Shown here: in pieces, positions 38,885 through 40,955 of the stretch | Numbering within the stretch: the stretch's first letter is position 1 | How the letters are laid out: each line of letters starts with the position of its first letter | NCBI GenBank assembly: GCA_045567135.1 | Contig: JBJLDM010000020.1 | Span: forward strand, 1-40,955 | Source: Candidatus Pelagibacter sp. | Lineage (GTDB): Bacteria > Pseudomonadota > Alphaproteobacteria > Pelagibacterales > Pelagibacteraceae | DNA: 40,955 nucleotides | Reading direction: 5' to 3' | The notes under the pieces: generated by a model | What the model was told of the DNA's origin: nothing | Databases searched by the model: none | Seen by the model: only the letters and a program-made list of their open reading frames with translations | Program-made: the position numbers and the translations under genes

Positions 38885-39571
38885 TCAACTTAAATTATTT
38901 ATTTCATTAAATTTTTTTACTCTTCCTAAAAATAAATTTTGATACATTTCTAATTCTGGTCCTTCAATTTTAAATTCTTGATAAAAATTATCCACAGTAC
39001 ATAACAATATTACTCCTAAAGTAATATTTGTTTTGTAAACAACGTTGTGTGCCAAAGTGTATGCACCTAATTGAAGAAAATAATCTTGTATATACTCTAC
39101 CTTTTTCAAACGATTGGCCTGCTTGAAGTCAACACAACATTCTTTTCCTTCGTAAATGCCAATCAGATCTGCCGTACCAGCATATTTTTCTGGATAGTGA
39201 AGTGTAGTTTCCATTCCATATATTTCTTCTAATTTCCCCTTAATGCCTTTATCTATTATTTCTTTTGCCATATTTTTATATTGTTCATTACTCTCAAAAA
39301 AACTTTCATTAATTCTTCCTCTTAAAAAATCTTCGATAAATGAATGCATAGACGTACCTCTGCTAGATGCTTCGGTTTTGATTTTATTAGCTTCTTTGTA
39401 GCCAACTCGTTGCTTCCAATTTTCTAAAGATGCTTTGTCCTCTTCTGATTTAGTTGCTTGCAAAATAGAAGTAACACTTGGTAATTTTTCATCACCAAAC
39501 AAATATTTTCTCATACCATTTTCAATCGATCTTGATGACTTTGGGTAATTAAATTTATTATTCCACTTCAT
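38885..39571 (-). CDS. PD-(D/E)XK exonuclease, phage / MGME1 / RecB-nuclease-like
   Basis: LPSVTSIL, RGTSMH, E, YAGTADL, VDFK, LQLGAY (QxxxY) motifs. Confidence 0.88.
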   Translation of the reverse strand: MKWNNKFNYPKSSRSIENGMRKYLFGDEKLPSVTSILQATKSEEDKASLENWKQRVGYKEANKIKTEASSRGTSMHSFIEDFLRGRINESFFESNEQYKNMAKEIIDKGIKGKLEEIYGMETTLHYPEKYAGTADLIGIYEGKECCVDFKQANRLKKVEYIQDYFLQLGAYTLAHNVVYKTNITLGVILLCTVDNFYQEFKIEGPELEMYQNLFLGRVKKFNEINNLS

Positions 39572-39607
39572 TTTTAATTTATAAGTGTATTTGATTTAAA
39601 AATAAAA

Positions 39608-40663
39608 TTAATTTTTAAGCTGTTTTGAGTGATCAACAAATTTTTCTACATTTTCTGTTTTAGCAGCTATTTCAACTTGCTCGGGATCTTTTATATTTTC
39701 TAAGGTTCTGGTAATTGATCTGGCATCTGTGCCAAATGTATCTACAACCTTCATTGCTTCTTCTAATTTTCTTCGAAGCACAATTACATTATCAAAATGT
39801 TTTGTAAATCTTGTGCTTATTGTTTTTAAGTGATTATAAATTTCTGTTGCTCCCTTTTGAACTTTTAATGACTGAAATCCCATATGCAAAGATTGTAAAT
39901 AAGCTGAAAGAGTATTTGGCCCCATGATTACAATTTTATATTTTTTCATCAATTCTTGGGTTAATAATTCTTTTGTACTAGGATCTTGATAATCAGTTAA
40001 TTCTTTATACAAACTCTCAGTTGGCGCATACACTATTCCAAAATCTGTAGTTTTTGGTGGAACGATATATTTTTCATTTACACTTTTAGCTTTATCTTTA
40101 AAAGCTCTAGCTAATTTTGTTCTAGCATCTGCCATTGCTTTTTTATCATCTTCTTGGTGAGCATCATCTATTGCTTTAAATCTTTCTACTGGAAAATGAC
40201 TATCTACTGGAACTAAGACATCTCCTTGAAGTTTGATGGCAAATTCTACATTTTCAGATGTATCTTCTTTCATCTTAACATTTGAGATGAATTGAGAAGA
40301 AGGTAATAAATCTTTCAACAAAGATGCCAAACTAAACTCGGCCAAGGTTCCATATTTTTTAACACCAGCTAAAATCTTATTAATGCCCTCTTGACTTTTA
40401 TTTAAATTTTCTACTTGAGTATTAAAAGCAGAAACTTTTTCATTAACAGATGTTAAAGTTTGCGTCATATCTCTTGTTACATCTTTGGACAAACTATTAA
40501 ATGAAGTTGACATGGTATTAAAAGAGTTATTGATGCTTTCTTTTAAGTTATTTAGTTCTTGAGAACTATCTTTGGGCTCTTCTTTGTTTTTATGTTTAGC
40601 AATCAATAGATATATAATAATCCCCATTAATGCTAAAATTATGTATAATAACGAATCTTGCAT
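39608..40663 (-). CDS. rmuC: DNA recombination protein RmuC
   Basis: N-terminal TM helix and coiled coil, KKYGTLAE, VEFAIKL, VDSHFP, KYIVPPKTTDF, PTESLY, GPNTL. Confidence 0.92.
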   Translation of the reverse strand: MQDSLLYIILALMGIIIYLLIAKHKNKEEPKDSSQELNNLKESINNSFNTMSTSFNSLSKDVTRDMTQTLTSVNEKVSAFNTQVENLNKSQEGINKILAGVKKYGTLAEFSLASLLKDLLPSSQFISNVKMKEDTSENVEFAIKLQGDVLVPVDSHFPVERFKAIDDAHQEDDKKAMADARTKLARAFKDKAKSVNEKYIVPPKTTDFGIVYAPTESLYKELTDYQDPSTKELLTQELMKKYKIVIMGPNTLSAYLQSLHMGFQSLKVQKGATEIYNHLKTISTRFTKHFDNVIVLRRKLEEAMKVVDTFGTDARSITRTLENIKDPEQVEIAAKTENVEKFVDHSKQLKN

Positions 40664-40686
40664 AAGCAGTGAGATACTAAAATAAA

Positions 40687-40955
40687 TTATCTGCTAAGCA
40701 AGTTTATAATCTTTTTAATTCGTGTTTTTTTTAAAGAAAGTTTGGACATCATTAGACAAGCTTGCGATTTTAAAATTTCACCATCTTTTAAAATTCTCAA
40801 ATTGTTAGCTTTTAATGTTGCTCCAGTACTAGTAATATCTGATATAATTTCTGCTGTGCCTGTAAATGGAGCTACTTCAGTACTTCCTAAACTTTGAACT
40901 AACTGAAATTGAGTTACTCCTTTAGAGTATAAAAATTGTCTAGTTAAATTTGGAT
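40687..40955 (-). CDS. hisG: ATP phosphoribosyltransferase, short form; C-terminal part only, 5' end outside the window
   Basis: Translated by hand: PNLTRQFL..SLGSTEVAPFTGTAEIISDITSTGATLKANNL..ILKSQACL; stops without the C-terminal regulatory domain. Confidence 0.93.
   Translation of the reverse strand, partial: PNLTRQFLYSKGVTQFQLVQSLGSTEVAPFTGTAEIISDITSTGATLKANNLRILKDGEILKSQACLMMSKLSLKKTRIKKIINLLSR

Noticed and set aside
38885-39571. Cas4, CRISPR system or prophage
   Set aside because: No Cas4 four-cysteine Fe-S pattern, no cas1/cas2, no repeat-spacer array, and no integrase or structural phage genes.

Overview
Very AT-rich, gene-dense core-genome segment of a streamlined alphaproteobacterium. 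Gene content, order and composition point to SAR11/Pelagibacterales (inference, no search run). The left end carries what looks like the promoter and leader of an rRNA operon reading out of the window on the minus strand. About 37 housekeeping genes follow: M23 peptidase, prmC-prfA-ispG-lysC, ubiG, argJ, secA, accA, glcB, recR-ybaB-dnaX with the SRP RNA, pheA-kdsB, cytochrome c, argF-argD, gcrA, rnd-kdsD-lptC-lptB-aroA-cmk-rpsA-ihfB-pyrF-trpFBA-accD-folC, trxA and a partial hisG. No transposase, integrase, tRNA or CRISPR array was seen. aroA and rpsA carry three clustered +1 homopolymer insertions, most likely sequencing errors. Best leads: (1) a three-nuclease cassette (RmuC, a phage-like PD-(D/E)XK exonuclease, Exonuclease I) upstream of trxA, where alphaproteobacteria usually have addAB, with a long switch-like hairpin before ExoI; (2) a tryptophan synthase with coordinated changes at catalytic and allosteric residues in both subunits; (3) paired NrdR-like boxes on the gcrA promoter; (4) a RegA/RegR-type palindrome before the cytochrome c gene; (5) no glycine riboswitch before glcB; (6) an uncalled 35-aa membrane peptide.
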